Assembly: GCF_004010195.1 (NCBI RefSeq)
Contig: NC_057718.1
Span: 16,770,192 to 16,834,191 of the forward strand
Source: Chiloscyllium plagiosum
Taxonomy: Eukaryota
Direction of reading: 5' to 3'
Length of the DNA stretch: 64,000 nt
The notes under the pieces were generated by a model. The model was not told the DNA's origin and ran no database searches. It worked only from the letters and a program-made list of their open reading frames with translations. A program made the position numbers and the translations under genes. Within the stretch, counting starts at the first letter, position 1. Each line of letters starts with the position of its first letter. Positions 1-13,427 of the stretch are shown here, one piece after another.

Positions 1-425
1 CATGGTGTGCATTTTCTTACTACAGATTACTGATGGACTAAAAATCACCAATAGCAGCATGATCCAAAATCTGCCATTTGACCGAAAGGTGTGCACCATC
101 TGATTTCAATGGGAGGGCAAAGGGAAACACATAAACCAGCATTAACTCAATCCAAAACATGAAATAGATCATTTGGAAGTAGATTCTTTATGAGAATGCC
201 TATCAAGTAAAATAAATATTGGATATGATACTTGCCTGATGATAAATAGCAGCTAATACAATTAACTCGTTTGCATTCTATTTGCTTGATGACTATTTTT
301 CCTTGAGAACTAAAGGAATGACCCACAATTTCCATAGCATCAATTTATGTATGGGGCAGGCACATTATTCACAGTCTAACATTATAAGATTTTGTGCCTA
401 GTTTGGATCATTGTTGATTCTGTAC

Positions 426-560
426 CTTATTGATCTCCATCTCATGATTTATTAGCTTGTTCTGAGCTTCTTCCAATTGATTACACGCTGAATCCCTTTC
501 TCTCACCAGCCTCTGCAACTGACCTTCAAGACAAGCAACATTTTCTGACAAACAGGTCAC
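426..560 (-). CDS. SDCCAG8: SDCCAG8 coding exon (exon 11 equivalent), 135 bp, phase 0-0, intact copy
   Basis: Acceptor tttatttacAG, donor GTacag. VTCLSENVACLEGQLQRLVREKDSACNQLEEAQNKLINHEMEINK-like coiled-coil peptide versus recalled human MLILSQNIAQLEAQVEKVTKEKISAINQLEEIQSQLASREMDVTK. Confidence 0.93.
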
Positions 561-1549
561 CTGTAAATAAACAGAATATCATGAATTTTAAACAAAAATG
601 GAAAGGTTGGAAATACTCAGCAGTCTAGCTTCAGTTATGCAGAAAGAAAATTGTTTCATCAGACACCAAAGAATATGATAGGTGGTTAATTATACTTCCC
701 AATAACCATGAGAAGTCAATAGGAATACTACTAAAAAGAACTTAAATTCTGTATATAGTAAAAACACCCCAAGACATTTTACTGGACCATTGAAAAAACA
801 CTTAGGACTGAACCACATGAATAGATATTAGAGTCGGTGACAAAAAGTCTCAACAAAGAGATAGGTTTTAAGGAATATCTTAAGTGATGTGAATGATTTT
901 ACTGTAACAAGTATTTGTGAAAATACAGTGAAAAGTGTTTTTTGTCGCCACAATCTGGGGCCATTTTGGATTGCAAAATGAATAAAAAGAAATCGCTTAA
1001 ATTGAGCTTCATCTTCTGTTCAAATTGACAGAAAAGCAAACCAAAACATAGAATAAAAAAGCAGAAAAATAAAGAATTGATGTTCCACTTTACAGTCCTT
1101 CTTGTCAAGCACGGCTTTGGGTTTTCTTAAGGTCTCTGGGATCTCTGTAAGGTGTTCTGGTCTCCGGGTCGAAATGAATCCCCATTCCAAGTCTAGCTGA
1201 TGCCCCAGATGAGGGGTTAAGAGATCAGGAATGGAGTTGCAGAGCTTAGGGCAGAGGTTCCCAAACTGCAATTGTAACCCTTCTGCAGGACTTTGGGATT
1301 GAGAGTTCCAAAGCAGCAATGGCAGCCACAGAACTCAGACTAAGTTTTCACTGCTGCAAAGCAACTTTAAATGTTTGTGTTAATTTTATATTGATGGATC
1401 AGGATTAATTATTTGGCCCAATTATTGCTACAAACAAAGCCTGCTAAGAGGTGTTTCATTACTTTTTGGGGATAAATCCAATAGTTTACATTGCTCCCCA
1501 AAACCCTGGTCAGCCACCTTGCCCCAGGCAACAACTGTCCTCCTGTAAC

Positions 1550-1648
1550 CAAAAGAGAAAATGCTGGAAAATCTCAGCAGGTCTGGCAGCATCTGTAAGG
1601 AGAGATAAGAGCTGACGTTTCGAGTCTAACTGACCCTTTGTCAAAGCT
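1550..1648 (-). mobile_element. Short Penelope-derived insertion with a degenerate hammerhead core (second copy at 3147-3245)
   Basis: 15-bp direct repeat CTGTCCTCCTGTAAC at 1535-1549 and 1647-1661. Carries the ctcagcaggtctggcagcatc motif that recurs next to Penelope RT fragments elsewhere in the window. Confidence 0.7.
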
Positions 1649-2022
1649 GTCCTCCTGTAACAGAAAACAACTGTTGCCCTTGCAATTTTTACTGAGTTCA
1701 CAGGAAGTTCAAGGCATTAAAATGGAGCCACATTGGGAAACTGTTTGGACAGCACTGCCCAAAAGTCTTGATAACTGAATGCGTGGTCATGGTAATGGTG
1801 GAATTATTAAAATGGGCATACTCAAAAGGTCAGTGCAGCATAGATGTTTTAACAAATACAGAACATAGAACATAGAACAGTACAACACAGGACAGGCCTT
1901 TTGGCTCATGATGTTGTGCCAATCATTTATCTTAATCTAAGATCAACCTAACCTACATACCCCTCAATTTACTGCCATCCATGTCCTTGTCCAGCAGTCG
2001 CTTAAATGTCCCTAATGTCTCC

Positions 2023-2157
2023 CTTATTGATCTCCATCTCATGATTTATTAGCTTGTTCTGAGCTTCTTCCAATTGATTACACGCTGAATCCCTTTCTCT
2101 CACCAGCCTCTGCAACTGACCTTCAAGACAAGCAACATTTTCTGACAAACAGGTCAC
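2023..2157 (-). pseudogene. SDCCAG8: Duplicated SDCCAG8 exon 11 copy with intact acceptor but destroyed donor (GG instead of GT)
   Basis: Identical to 426-560 at offset 1597. Minus strand after the exon reads AAG|GGAGAC rather than AAG|GTACAG. Confidence 0.85.
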
Positions 2158-3456
2158 CTGTAAATAAACAGAATATCATGAATTTTAAACAAAAATGGAA
2201 AGGTTGGAAATACTCAGCAGTCTAGCTTCAGTTATGCAGAAAGAAAATTGTTTCATCAGACACCAAAGAATATGATAGGTGGTTAATTATACTTCCCAAT
2301 AACCATGAGAAGTCAATAGGAATACTACTAAAAAGAACTTAAATTCTGTATATAGTAAAAACACCCCAAGACATTTTACTGGACCATTGAAAAAACACTT
2401 AGGACTGAACCACATGAATAGATATTAGAGTCGGTGACAAAAAGTCTCAACAAAGAGATAGGTTTTAAGGAATATCTTAAGTGATGTGAATGATTTTACT
2501 GTAACAAGTATTTGTGAAAATACAGTGAAAAGTGTTTTTTGTCGCCACAATCTGGGGCCATTTTGGATTGCAAAATGAATAAAAAGAAATCGCTTAAATT
2601 GAGCTTCATCTTCTGTTCAAATTGACAGAAAAGCAAACCAAAACATAGAATAAAAAAGCAGAAAAATAAAGAATTGATGTTCCACTTTACAGTCCTTCTT
2701 GTCAAGCACGGCTTTGGGTTTTCTTAAGGTCTCTGGGATCTCTGTAAGGTGTTCTGGTCTCCGGGTCGAAATGAATCCCCATTCCAAGTCTAGCTGATGC
2801 CCCAGATGAGGGGTTAAGAGATCAGGAATGGAGTTGCAGAGCTTAGGGCAGAGGTTCCCAAACTGCAATTGTAACCCTTCTGCAGGACTTTGGGATTGAG
2901 AGTTCCAAAGCAGCAATGGCAGCCACAGAACTCAGACTAAGTTTTCACTGCTGCAAAGCAACTTTAAATGTTTGTGTTAATTTTATATTGATGGATCAGG
3001 ATTAATTATTTGGCCCAATTATTGCTACAAACAAAGCCTGCTAAGAGGTGTTTCATTACTTTTTGGGGATAAATCCAATAGTTTACATTGCTCCCCAATA
3101 CCCTGGTCAGCCACCTTGCCCCAGGCAACAACTGTCCTCCTGTAACCAAAAGAGAAAATGCTGGAAAATCTCAGCAGGTCTGGCAGCATCTGTAAGGAGA
3201 GATAAGAGCTGACGTTTCGAGTCTAACTGACCCTTTGTCAAAGCTGTCCTCCTGTAACAGAAAACAACTGTTGCCCTTGCAATTTTTACTGAGTTCACAG
3301 GAAGTTCAAGGCATTAAAATGGAGCCACATTGGGAAACTGTTTGGACAGCACTGCCCAAAAGTCTTGATAACTGAATGCGTGGTCATGGTAATGGTGGAA
3401 TTATTAAAATGGGCATACTCAAAAGGTCAGTGCAGCATAGATGTTTTAACAAATAC

Positions 3457-5372
3457 AGAACATAGAACATAGAACAGTACAACACAGGACAGGCCTTTTG
3501 GCTCATGATGTTGTGCCAATCATTTATCTTAATCTAAGATCAACCTAACCTACATACCCCTCAATTTACTGCCATCCATGTCCTTGTCCAGCAGTCGCTT
3601 AAATGTCCCTAATGTCTCAGAGTCTACTATCACCGTTGGCAGTGCATTTCACGCACCCATCACTTTCTGCGTAAAGAACCTACTGCTGACACCTTCCCAT
3701 ACCTTCCTCCAATCACCTTAAAATGATGACCCCGTGTGACAGCCATTTCTTCCCTGGGGAAAATTCTCTGGTTATCTACTCTATCTATGCCTCTCATTTC
3801 CTTGTACACATCTATCAAGTCACCTCTCTTCCTTCTTCTCTCCAGTGTGAAAAACCCGAGTTCACTCAACCTCTCTTCATAAGACGTGCTCACCGATCCA
3901 GGCAGCGTCCTGGCAAATCTCCTCTGTCCCTCTTTAAAGTATCTACACCTTTCCTATAATGAGACGACCAGAACTGGACACAATATTCTAAGTGTGGTCT
4001 AACCAGGATTTTATAGAGCTGCAGCAAAACCTCGCGGCACTTAAACTCAATCCCCCTGTTAATGAAAGCCAAAATACCCTATGTCTTCTTAATAACCCTA
4101 TCAACTTAGGTGGCAACTTTGAGGGATCTATGTACGTGGAACCCAAGGTCCTTCTGTTCCTCCACACTGCCAAGAATCCTACCTTTAATCCTGTATTCAG
4201 CATTCAAATTCGACCTTCCAAACTGAATGACTTCACACTTTTCCAGGTTACTTATCAGCCCAGTTCTGCATCCTGTCAATGTCCCATTGCAACCTCCAAC
4301 AGCCCTCCATACTGTCCACAACTCCATCAACCTTTGTGTCATTGGCAAACTTACTAACCCACCCTTCCTCATTCAAGTCATTTATGAAAACCACAAAGAC
4401 CTGCCCCTCACAAAGCCATGCTGACTATCTTTAATCAAACTTGGTTTTTCCAAATAGTCATAAATCCGATCTCTCAGAATCCTTTCCAGTACCTTGCTTA
4501 CCACAAACATAAGACTGACTGGTCTCCTAATCCCTTTCTTGAACAGAGGGCAACATTTGCCTCCCTCAAATCATCCAGTATTTCTCCCGTGGAGAGTGAG
4601 GATGCAAAGATCATTGCCAGAGGCCCAGCAATCTCGTTCCTCACTTTCCGTAGTAACCTTGGATATATTTAGTCTGGCCCTGGGGACGTATCTATCTTGA
4701 TGCTTCCAACATATCCACTTTCTTAATGTCAATCTGTTCAAGCCTACTAACATGGTTCATGGTGTTCTCACAATCAACAAAGTCCCTCTCTATAGTGAAT
4801 ACTGAAGCAAAAAAACTCATTTACGGCATCCCCTACCTCTTCAAACTCCAGGCACAAGTTCTCTCCAATATTCCTGATAGGCCCTATCATCTCTTTGATC
4901 ATTCTCTTGTTCCTCACTTACGTGTAGAATGCCTTTGGACTTTCTCTTATCCCTCCCACCAAAACTTTATCGTGCCCCCCCCCCCTACCCCCAGCTCTCC
5001 TCATTCCATTTTTGAGTTCTTTCCTAGCTACCCTGTAATCCTTTAAAGCTAAGCCAGATCCTTGCTACTCCAACCTTAAATAAGCTTGCTTCTTCCTCTT
5101 GACGAGAAGTTTTTCTTCTCTTGTCATCCAAGGTTCTTTCACCTTATCATTCCTTGCCTGGCTTAGTGGGACGAAGTTATCCAACACTCGCAACAAGTGC
5201 TCCTTAAACAGCTTCCACATTTCTGTTGTGCATTTCCGGTAGAAAAATTGTTCCCAATTCATATTCCACAGCTTCTAAAAGCAGTATAATTTCCCCTCCC
5301 CCAATTAAATACCTCCCCAATACTGTTCCTATCCCTCTCCTTGGCTATGGTAAAGGTGAGGCAGTTGTGGTT
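3457..5372 (-). mobile_element. CR1-type LINE, 5'-truncated and degenerate ORF2
   Basis: RT and C-terminal peptides (YKILVRPHLEYCVQFW, ERRRKRGDLIDVYK, KCEVIQFGRSN). (AGAACAT)n 3' tail at about 3457-3476. Confidence 0.92.
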
Positions 5373-8300
5373 GTAAGAGTTATAAGACTGGAGGAGAGGA
5401 GAGTTTGGGAGAGACAAGATCAGCATTATTTAGAAACAAAGATGAGAATTTTAAAATCAAGATTGCCAATATAAGTCAACAAGGATAGGTATGAAGAGTA
5501 TATGTTTTTTAGCCAGGTTATGTTGGAAGTGTCAAATCTAGAGGTAACAAAGGGAAGGATCAAAGTTCACTAAATTAGCTGAGGCATAAACAGAGTCAGT
5601 TGATGTTCAAGTGGCTGAAATGTGCCATCTTAGAGATGGAGTGGATATTTGCTCATTTCAGGGTCAAATATAACACCAAGATTGTGAACTCTCTGATGTT
5701 GCATCAGACAGTTGTCAGGAGAGAGATGGACTTGGTGTCAAGGGAATGGAATTTGTAGCTGCAACATAAACCATGACTCTGGTCTTCCCAATGTTTATTG
5801 GGGAAGTATGGGGTCCTTTAGTACTGAAATGTTGAACAAGCAGTCTTTGTTAAGCTCATAATCACATTGCTTAATATCTGCACGCCATATGCATGCATAC
5901 TATATTCATGTTACATGTTTGTTGCAACAATAATGAGATAAGAAGCAGTGTTTGTGTTTTTTTTAAAACTCTAATCTTGACTCAAAGTAAATTCACATCT
6001 ATTATGATGCATAAGCCAATAACCTGCAGAATAAGGATTAGCATGGTCATTTTTCTCTGGGTTTTGCTTTAGCTATCAAGGATTTTTTTGAAGTGGTAAT
6101 TATTTCACCAAAACTATTCTAAGTAGCTAGTGGTGCTAGTGATTCAAGACTGATGTAGACTAGACAGAAGAACAAAACTGCATTAAAATCTATTGAACCA
6201 CTCTTCAATACACACAAGCTATTTCTGTAACTACATCCTTGGAAATGTCTAGACAGAGTGAAAATGCCCAAAATGCCAAGTCTCTATGCCCCTCAAAATA
6301 TGTTACAAACACTTTTTCTTGCTTTCCAGGAAGAAATAAGCATAATTATTTAATACCTACCTTTATTTGCTTCTTTTCTAAATATTTGTCGGATGCCACC
6401 CAAAGACCAAACTAATTTAGCCTGTATAAGTCAAAAATTACTTGTACTCTCAAATAATCCTGTAAAGTTTGTGAAGCATGACCTCCTGCTTTGAAAATAA
6501 AATGACTATTTGAGACGTTGTCAAATTTTGATGAAAAATTACATTTCTTTCCTCCTTTTAGGGATATTCACTCAGCTTCATCAATTAAAAATGTAAGTAG
6601 AACAATTATAATCTGTTCATGAATATCATTGACAGAAACAAAAATAAACATCCTATCTTCAACTTTATTAGAAGCAAAGCTGAGTTTGAAACACAATCAA
6701 ATCCATAACATGAAATACTATAACAGTCGGAAAACACTCAGCCCTAAAAGCTGTCTACCTGGGGAGCCCTGACTACTTCTCTTCCTCTAGTAAATACTAC
6801 AGTGATATAATTATTCTACAGACATGATCTACCATTATACATCCCCTGGGTAAAAAAGAAGAACCAAACTAAGGGGAGATTCCTGCTGTGAACTCTCCAG
6901 CAACTTGCTCATACATCAATAGCAATCAAAAGCTGGCAAGCAGCCCTGCAGACAATTAGAGCCAGATTTATGGCATTACAAATAGAACAGGGAGAAGGAA
7001 AGTCAGAACTCTTGATTGAATTGACTAGATTGCCCTGTAGAGTTGGCAAACAAAAATCTTTTTTAAGTGATTACTTGTGGGAAGACAGCAGTAATGATAC
7101 CCCCAATGATTCAGTGATCACATTGGATCATCAGTCAAGGTAGGAAGATTTGGCAAAGTGGAATAGGCAGACAGGGACAATATTTTGAATACAGTCCAAG
7201 GTGTGGGCAGCTCAAAAGTTGGACCATTTGGAATTTATGGAAGATGGTGATCAGGAGGCCAGCAGGAAGTGCATTGGAGAAATATATTTTAGAATAACAA
7301 TGTATGATTTATGCTTTAAGTGTTTAATCCAAAGGGTAAATAAGATGGCTTTGGTATTCAAGAATAAAAGCTTGTGAACTACATGATGTTCTCTTTGGTG
7401 AAGAATATCCAAGGGGCAGAACTAAAGGCGTGATTATTTTGAGTGAAACATTAACCATTATCCACATATCTCAAAGCCATGATATTGGCATAACATTCTT
7501 AAGAATTCTTAAGAGTAAAACATTTCAATTGTTGATTTATTTGAGGAAGTATTTAATTTGAAATTTGCCTTGTAGCTGAACAAAAAAGCTTATCTAGGCC
7601 ACTAAAACGATAAATGTCTTATTTCTCCAGCAAATAGCTACAAAAGACATTCATAACTTATTTCAGAGGATCAATTGGATATCAACAAAGTAACATAAAA
7701 GTTGGAAGTTAGTCAATAAAGAGTTTGGAATAAATTCTTTGAAAGCTACACCAATAATTTCACATTACATGTGTAATGTGCAAAGTAAATGCACACTTAT
7801 TTCATGCATCTTGTATGAAATTGTTATTTTGCTCCAGAACCTTTACTAAATTATTCAGTATACAATAGGTACATTAAGGTTTTTAAACTAGTTTGAGATT
7901 GCAATGATTATTAAAACCTGTACAAATTTACATTCAAGCCAGCAATACAATTCATTTAGAAGTGAGAGAGGACAAGTAACTGTAATACAGTTATAAATTT
8001 TCACAGCCCCGAAAGGTAAATTGTTTCGAGCCTAAAGCTTGCATTTCTTGGTCAATAATTCCTTTTAAAGAAATTGTCTCAAAATAAACTTACAATCAAT
8101 AGGATAGAACTTGGCCCATAAGCTTTCAATTGCATCAGTTCACACCGTGCTAATATTACATGGAGGCAGTGGCCCAACCCAGCAGCTCTAAAGTCAGGGC
8201 AAGTCCTACACTATCAAATCTGGAAGGCTTTACCATATTGTTGCCAGCTAGTTAGTTGTCTAAAGTCACAGCTTCCACCCACATGTAACAGGATGCTCTA

Positions 8301-9787
8301 TCTCCAGATGGCAACTACTGGGGCTGCAGTCAATCCATCAGCAGAAGCTTTGCTGGTAGGTCAAATTTGAGCTAAATGGGGCAGCCATGCTGGGGTCACT
8401 CAAGGAGGTCCTGGCCTGGGAGATGGGACAGATAAAGCAGTGACTGAGTTGTTTCTCTAGATTGTCTGTGTCTGTGTATTCTTTCCAGTAGGAGTGAGGA
8501 GTCTGTCCACTGGAAGTAGGGTGCCCAGGCAGGAACGGCACACTTACGAACTAAGACATGCCTTCAGAAGATAAAGGGATCCATTGCCACTCATGAAATA
8601 CCTGTGGTGATGGGAAGAAGTCTTAAGTTGCCATTAATTGGAATGCACAGGCATATTTCCTTTTGGTAAATAACCCTGAATTTAGTTTGATCTAAATGGA
8701 ATTACTTCACATTAGGACAAAAATACACCAACCCCACTGGTATGACTAGTGACAGTGACAGTAAGTCCATTAGTCCACTCTACCTTGAGTGATTATTTTT
8801 TCTTCCAGGCGGAGGTGCTTTGCTATGGTAAGTGATTTTCACTTCACATTTAGCATCTTCCTTCAGGTAATATAGGGGCAGAAAAAAGCATTTGTCTTAT
8901 CTTCCCTCTCTCTCAGAATATCACAATATGAAAGTGGTACACAAGGGCATAAAAATGCAAGTTTTACTTCATGGGATCAGTGACTTTTCAGGACATTATA
9001 TTGTGAATGGAAAAATATGGCGGAATTAAATATTTCTGAAACAGAGAGAGATAGTACAGAATCCATTATATTAATTCAAAAGATAGGTGAAATAATGAAC
9101 ACCAGTTTGAGAACAGGTCAAGTTCTCATCATGTGGACGTACTGGTGTTGGATTGGGGTGGATAAAGTAAAAAAATTACACAACACTGGATTATAGTCCA
9201 ACAAGTTTATTTGAAATCACGAGCTTATGGAACCTCGCTCCTTCTTCAAGTAGCAAAGTTGTCAAGCCTTACCAAAATCAACAGGAAGTCAATAAGCTTG
9301 AGAAAAAAAATGCCCCTTTTCTTAATAAGGTTAAATCTGTAATTTGGTTAGGAAACATAATGCATTTTCCAATATCGATCATACAACAATGGATCATATT
9401 GTTTCAAAGCTGCAGGAGTTGTTGCAACAAAATTAGATTTGTCCATTCTTCAACACAGCTATTTTTTGCTCAACTGTTAAATGTACTATCAAAATTGCTT
9501 CACAGAACTGAGTTTCATCTTACCATTCACCATCCCCACCTATTGGTCATGACACAAACAACATCAGTAATATTTCAACTGATAATTGATTTTCTATCAT
9601 CTCGCAGCTTCAACTTTTAATATGAGATACATGGTTAAATTTTATGTTTGAATGACTATCCAGTTTTTTTAAAACGTGGTTAAAAATATTAATTCCATTT
9701 CACTATCATTGTATGAAGCACTATCATTGTATATTGAGCAAGCAGTAATTTTTTAACAAGTAAAACAGCAACATTCTCTGTTTTTAC

Positions 9788-9940
9788 CTTTGATGCCAAT
9801 GCCTCTCGTTCTTTCCTCATTTCTTCATGCACAGCTTTCTTGGCAATTGCAATCTTTTCTTGCTGAGAAGCTAACTCCCTTTCTAGCCGTTCTTTCTGAC
9901 GCAACATTTCATTCTTCAGCTGCTCACAATGGACCAGAGC
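9788..9940 (-). CDS. SDCCAG8: SDCCAG8 coding exon (exon 10 equivalent), 153 bp, phase 0-0
   Basis: Acceptor ttttccctAG, donor GTaaaa. ALVHCEQLKNEMLRQKERLERELASQQEKIAIAKKAVHEEMRKEREALASK versus recalled human ALIQCDQLRKELERQAERLEKELASQQEK... Confidence 0.95.
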
Positions 9941-10659
9941 CTAGGGAAAAGGAAAATCAAACTGTCCTTTGAAACTAAACAGAACAAGACAGGCTGTTTC
10001 ATTGTACGTAGGTTTAGAAATGGAGCCAGATCATAGTTTCATGTGAGGTCCATCTGAAAAACTGGGTTAAAGTTCCCAAACACTACAGAAAAGTTTTTAG
10101 TTAAATTACAGCAATATTGCAATATTGAAATGGGTACAGTAATGTAATCCAAAGGAAAAAAGTATTATGTTTTTGTAGTGTGAAATAATAGTGCGTTAGC
10201 ACAAAATGGTACTGCTGTTCACAATAAGAACAGTTTCCTGAACATTGTAAGATGTCCTAAGGCATTTGTTAAAGCGGTAGATTTGAAGGAGTGTCTTACA
10301 GGAGGAAAATGAGGTAGCATCATCGAAATTATGTTTTTCCTTTCTCCACACAAGTCTCCTTGTCTACAGAAAACATTTCTGTTTTTTTCTTGAGCCTTTC
10401 AGTATTCCTGCTTTTTGAACAACTGAATTATGGATGCTGCTTCAACGATGGATTGTGCCAACAAAATAAAAACTCAATGTTCCTACCAACTGCTCTGAAA
10501 GTAAGCTTTTCAAATATCTACCTGAATGTTGAGGTCCCTCTGAATGGTGTTGGTTTCTTGCTGGCTCGTGAAACTGTGAAATTACAGTATCACTCTTTAC
10601 TTTTGTTGTGATACCAGCTGATGGTGATTCTCTACAAATCAGATTCCACAGTGAAATAA

Positions 10660-10880
10660 AACAAAGACCTGCAGATGCTTGAAATCTGAAACCAAAACAA
10701 AACTTTCTGGAGAAACTCAGTAAGTCTGGCAGCATCTGTGAAGACAAAACATAGTTAAAATATTGAGTTCAGAGACCCTCCTTCAGAAGCCAAGGTCTCA
10801 ACTTGAAATGTTAATGCTGTTTCCACTTCACAAATGCTGCCAGACTTGCTGAGTTTCTCCAGCAATTTCTGTTTTTGTTT
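10660..10880. mobile_element. Palindromic Penelope-derived element
   Basis: gagaaactcagtaagtctggcagcatctgtg is inverted against cacaaatgctgccagacttgctgagtttctc. Confidence 0.7.
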
Positions 10881-11682
10881 GTTACAGGAGAAAAATGTGA
10901 TGATTTGTTGTCAAGTCGATGGGTTATTTTTTAAAAATATCTGCAATACGAGGGGCCTGTAGTTCCCAAATACTTTCTCCTCAGAAGAAAATTAATGTAC
11001 TAGAGCTTTTACAAAAGGAAGAAATTAAAGTAATATTTTAAAAACATTTTTGTTTTCTATTTAATGGAAAGAATATCATTTTACTAAAATGAAACATATA
11101 ATAATATTATATATGCAGATATATATTTGCTCTAAACTTCCACTTCCTCTTTCTGACAGTGGATATTTTTATGCTGATTCAAATGAGGACTTTAGCCCTG
11201 ATAATGTTTCCTCTTTATACAGTATTTAGCAGCCAAACAAAGTACAATGCTCCACATGAATTCACCAAAACTTCACAGAAAACAATGTCCAAACTCAGGA
11301 CAACATTCATCTAGAAGGACAAAGGAGTATTACCACCTACAAGTTCCTCTCCAAGCCACTCACCATCTCGGCTTGAAAATAAATCACCATTCCTTTACTA
11401 TCACTGGTTCAAAATCCTGCAATTCCCACGCAAACAGTCTACCCACATCAAATGGACTGCAGCAATTCAAGGCAGCAGCTCACCACAGCTTCTTAAAGGA
11501 TGGTCAAAAAATGCTGGCTCATCCAACAATGCCCACATCCCAATACTGTCAACATTGTAATGTATGAAATGAGGCAGTCAATGTGCATATATCAGGAGCC
11601 CACAGACAGCAATTTAAAAGTTATCAAGTCATCTTTAATGTTTTGTTGAGTCAGAGACTGTGAAAGGCCCTATATATGTACA

Positions 11683-11977
11683 TGGGCGGCACAGGCCTCA
11701 CAGCGCCAGAGACCTGGGTCCAATTCCTGCCTCAGGGAACTGCCTGTGTGGAGTTTGCACATTCTCCCCGTGTCAGCTTGGGTTTCCTCCGGGTGCTCCG
11801 GTTTCCTCCCACAGTCCAAAAATGTGCAGGTTAGGTGAATTGGCCATGCTAAATTGCCCATAGTGTTAGGTGAAGGAGTAAATGTAGGGGAATTGGTCTG
11901 GATGGGTTGCTCTTCGGAAGGTCGGTGTGGACTTGTTGGGCTGAAGGGCCTGTTTCCACGCTGTAAGTAATCTAATT
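11683..11977 (+). mobile_element. tRNA-derived SINE (shark HE1-like), with an internal deletion near the 5' end
   Basis: gggcggcac... head, B-box-like ggtccaattcc, core gtgtggagtttgcacattctcccc, CR1-like 3' end gggcctgtttccacgctgta and a ctaat tail. Confidence 0.88.
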
Positions 11978-12175
11978 ATTTCATGATTTCTTTGCACTTC
12001 TCGCGACACACACAAATCAGGTACAACAATTCTGATGAAAGGTCAATGAGCCGAAATGTTTACTCTGTTTCTCATTTCAGACGCTGCCACATCTAGTGCA
12101 TATTTCCAACATTTTTAATTTTAGAACAATGGAATTTGTATCTATTGAATCGTGCCGACTTTATCTGCTTAATAC

Positions 12176-12314
12176 CTGTATTTTTTCCAAATTGGCTTCT
12201 TCTGCTACTTCCGTAGCTTGTTTCACTTGCCGACATACAGAGTCTTCCCTGGCCTGCATTTCATTTATATTGCTTCGCAAAGTTGCCACCATATTCATCA
12301 AGTCATCTCGCTCT
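12176..12314 (-). CDS. SDCCAG8: SDCCAG8 coding exon (exon 9 equivalent), 139 bp, phase 2-0
   Basis: Acceptor atattgtAG, donor GTatta. ERDDLMNMVATLRSNINEMQAREDSVCRQVKQATEVAEEANLEKIQ versus recalled human ERDDLMSALVSVRSSL...EEANFEKTK. Confidence 0.95.
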
Positions 12315-13218
12315 CTACAATATGAAAACAAATGATTTCCTTATTAGGGAGTCATTTTAACTCATGATAGATCTGTTAAAACGAAGAAAAGTGTGCTCAG
12401 AGACATTTTCACAATTCAGAGTCAAATTAATTTTCAAAAATTAAAAGCAGTAGTAAATGCCTCTCCTTGAAGCCGGAGTTCCCCCTCCTTCTTGAAAATA
12501 AGTCAGTGAAAAACAAAGTGTTTCCATGCTCATTAGTGATAACTTTTAAAGCCCTACCATATATTTTTGCCATCTTACAATATCCTTTGTCTTGACATAT
12601 TTCATTCACTCTTAAAAACAATTTTTCAGGGATTACCTGATCTCAGTAATAAAATGCAATCATTAAGGTATTAACATCAATTGTACCAAACAACAATCAT
12701 AAATTGACATCCCAAGTGATTATCAGCTGATATCACTGTATTGAATGTAATATCACAGCAATCAAACAGCTGCAGGTTACCATCATTTGATTTCCTTCAG
12801 TGCATTTGGCCAACCAAAATGGAAAAGTAAGGATTAGACCTAATTCGTTTTTAGCTAAGTGCATCAATTTTATTGAGTGATTCTTGCTGCATGGCTCAGC
12901 AAGATTCCTCACTATATCTTACCAAATGAGTCTCATTAATGATCAACTCACCCCATAGCGTTCCTCATGTCTGATCCTATTCCCATTATCCCACACACTG
13001 TTCCCAAAGTAACTCACCAATCACCAGATATCTGTCAAAAGAACAGCATCTTTTGCACCCATGCCATCTCTATTGTACACCCAGGAAAACATTGGCAATG
13101 TGATACATAATGGCACAGGAGCCACAAAGCCATACTGCTCATGGCATGTAATTGACATAGCTAACACTCCCTCACACATATAATACCATTCTCTCATCCT
13201 TGTCTCTGTTATAAAGTA

Positions 13219-13427
13219 GGAGAAAGTGAGGTCTGCAGATGCTGGAGATCAGAGCTGAAAATGTGTTGCTGGAAAAGGGCAGCAGGTCAGGCAGCATCCA
13301 GGGAACAGGAGAATCGACGTTTCGAGCATAAGCCCGAAGAAGGGCTTATGCCCAAAACGTTGATTCTCCTGTTCCCTGGATGCTGCCTGACCTGCTGCGC
13401 TTTTCCAGCAACACATTTTCAGCTCTG
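13219..13427. mobile_element. Foldback Penelope-derived element with 15-bp TSD
   Basis: Near-perfect inverted arms (about 13250-13335 vs 13341-13427). Direct repeat CTCTGTTATAAAGTA at 13204-13218 and 13423-13437. Confidence 0.85.

Larger units (their letters stand above)
425..3618. repeat. Tandem duplication, two units of 1,597 bp (425-2021 and 2022-3618)
   Basis: Identical ORF translations at offset 1597 (899/2496, 1020/2617, 1510/3107). Only one mismatch seen by eye (1502 A vs 3099 T). Confidence 0.97.
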
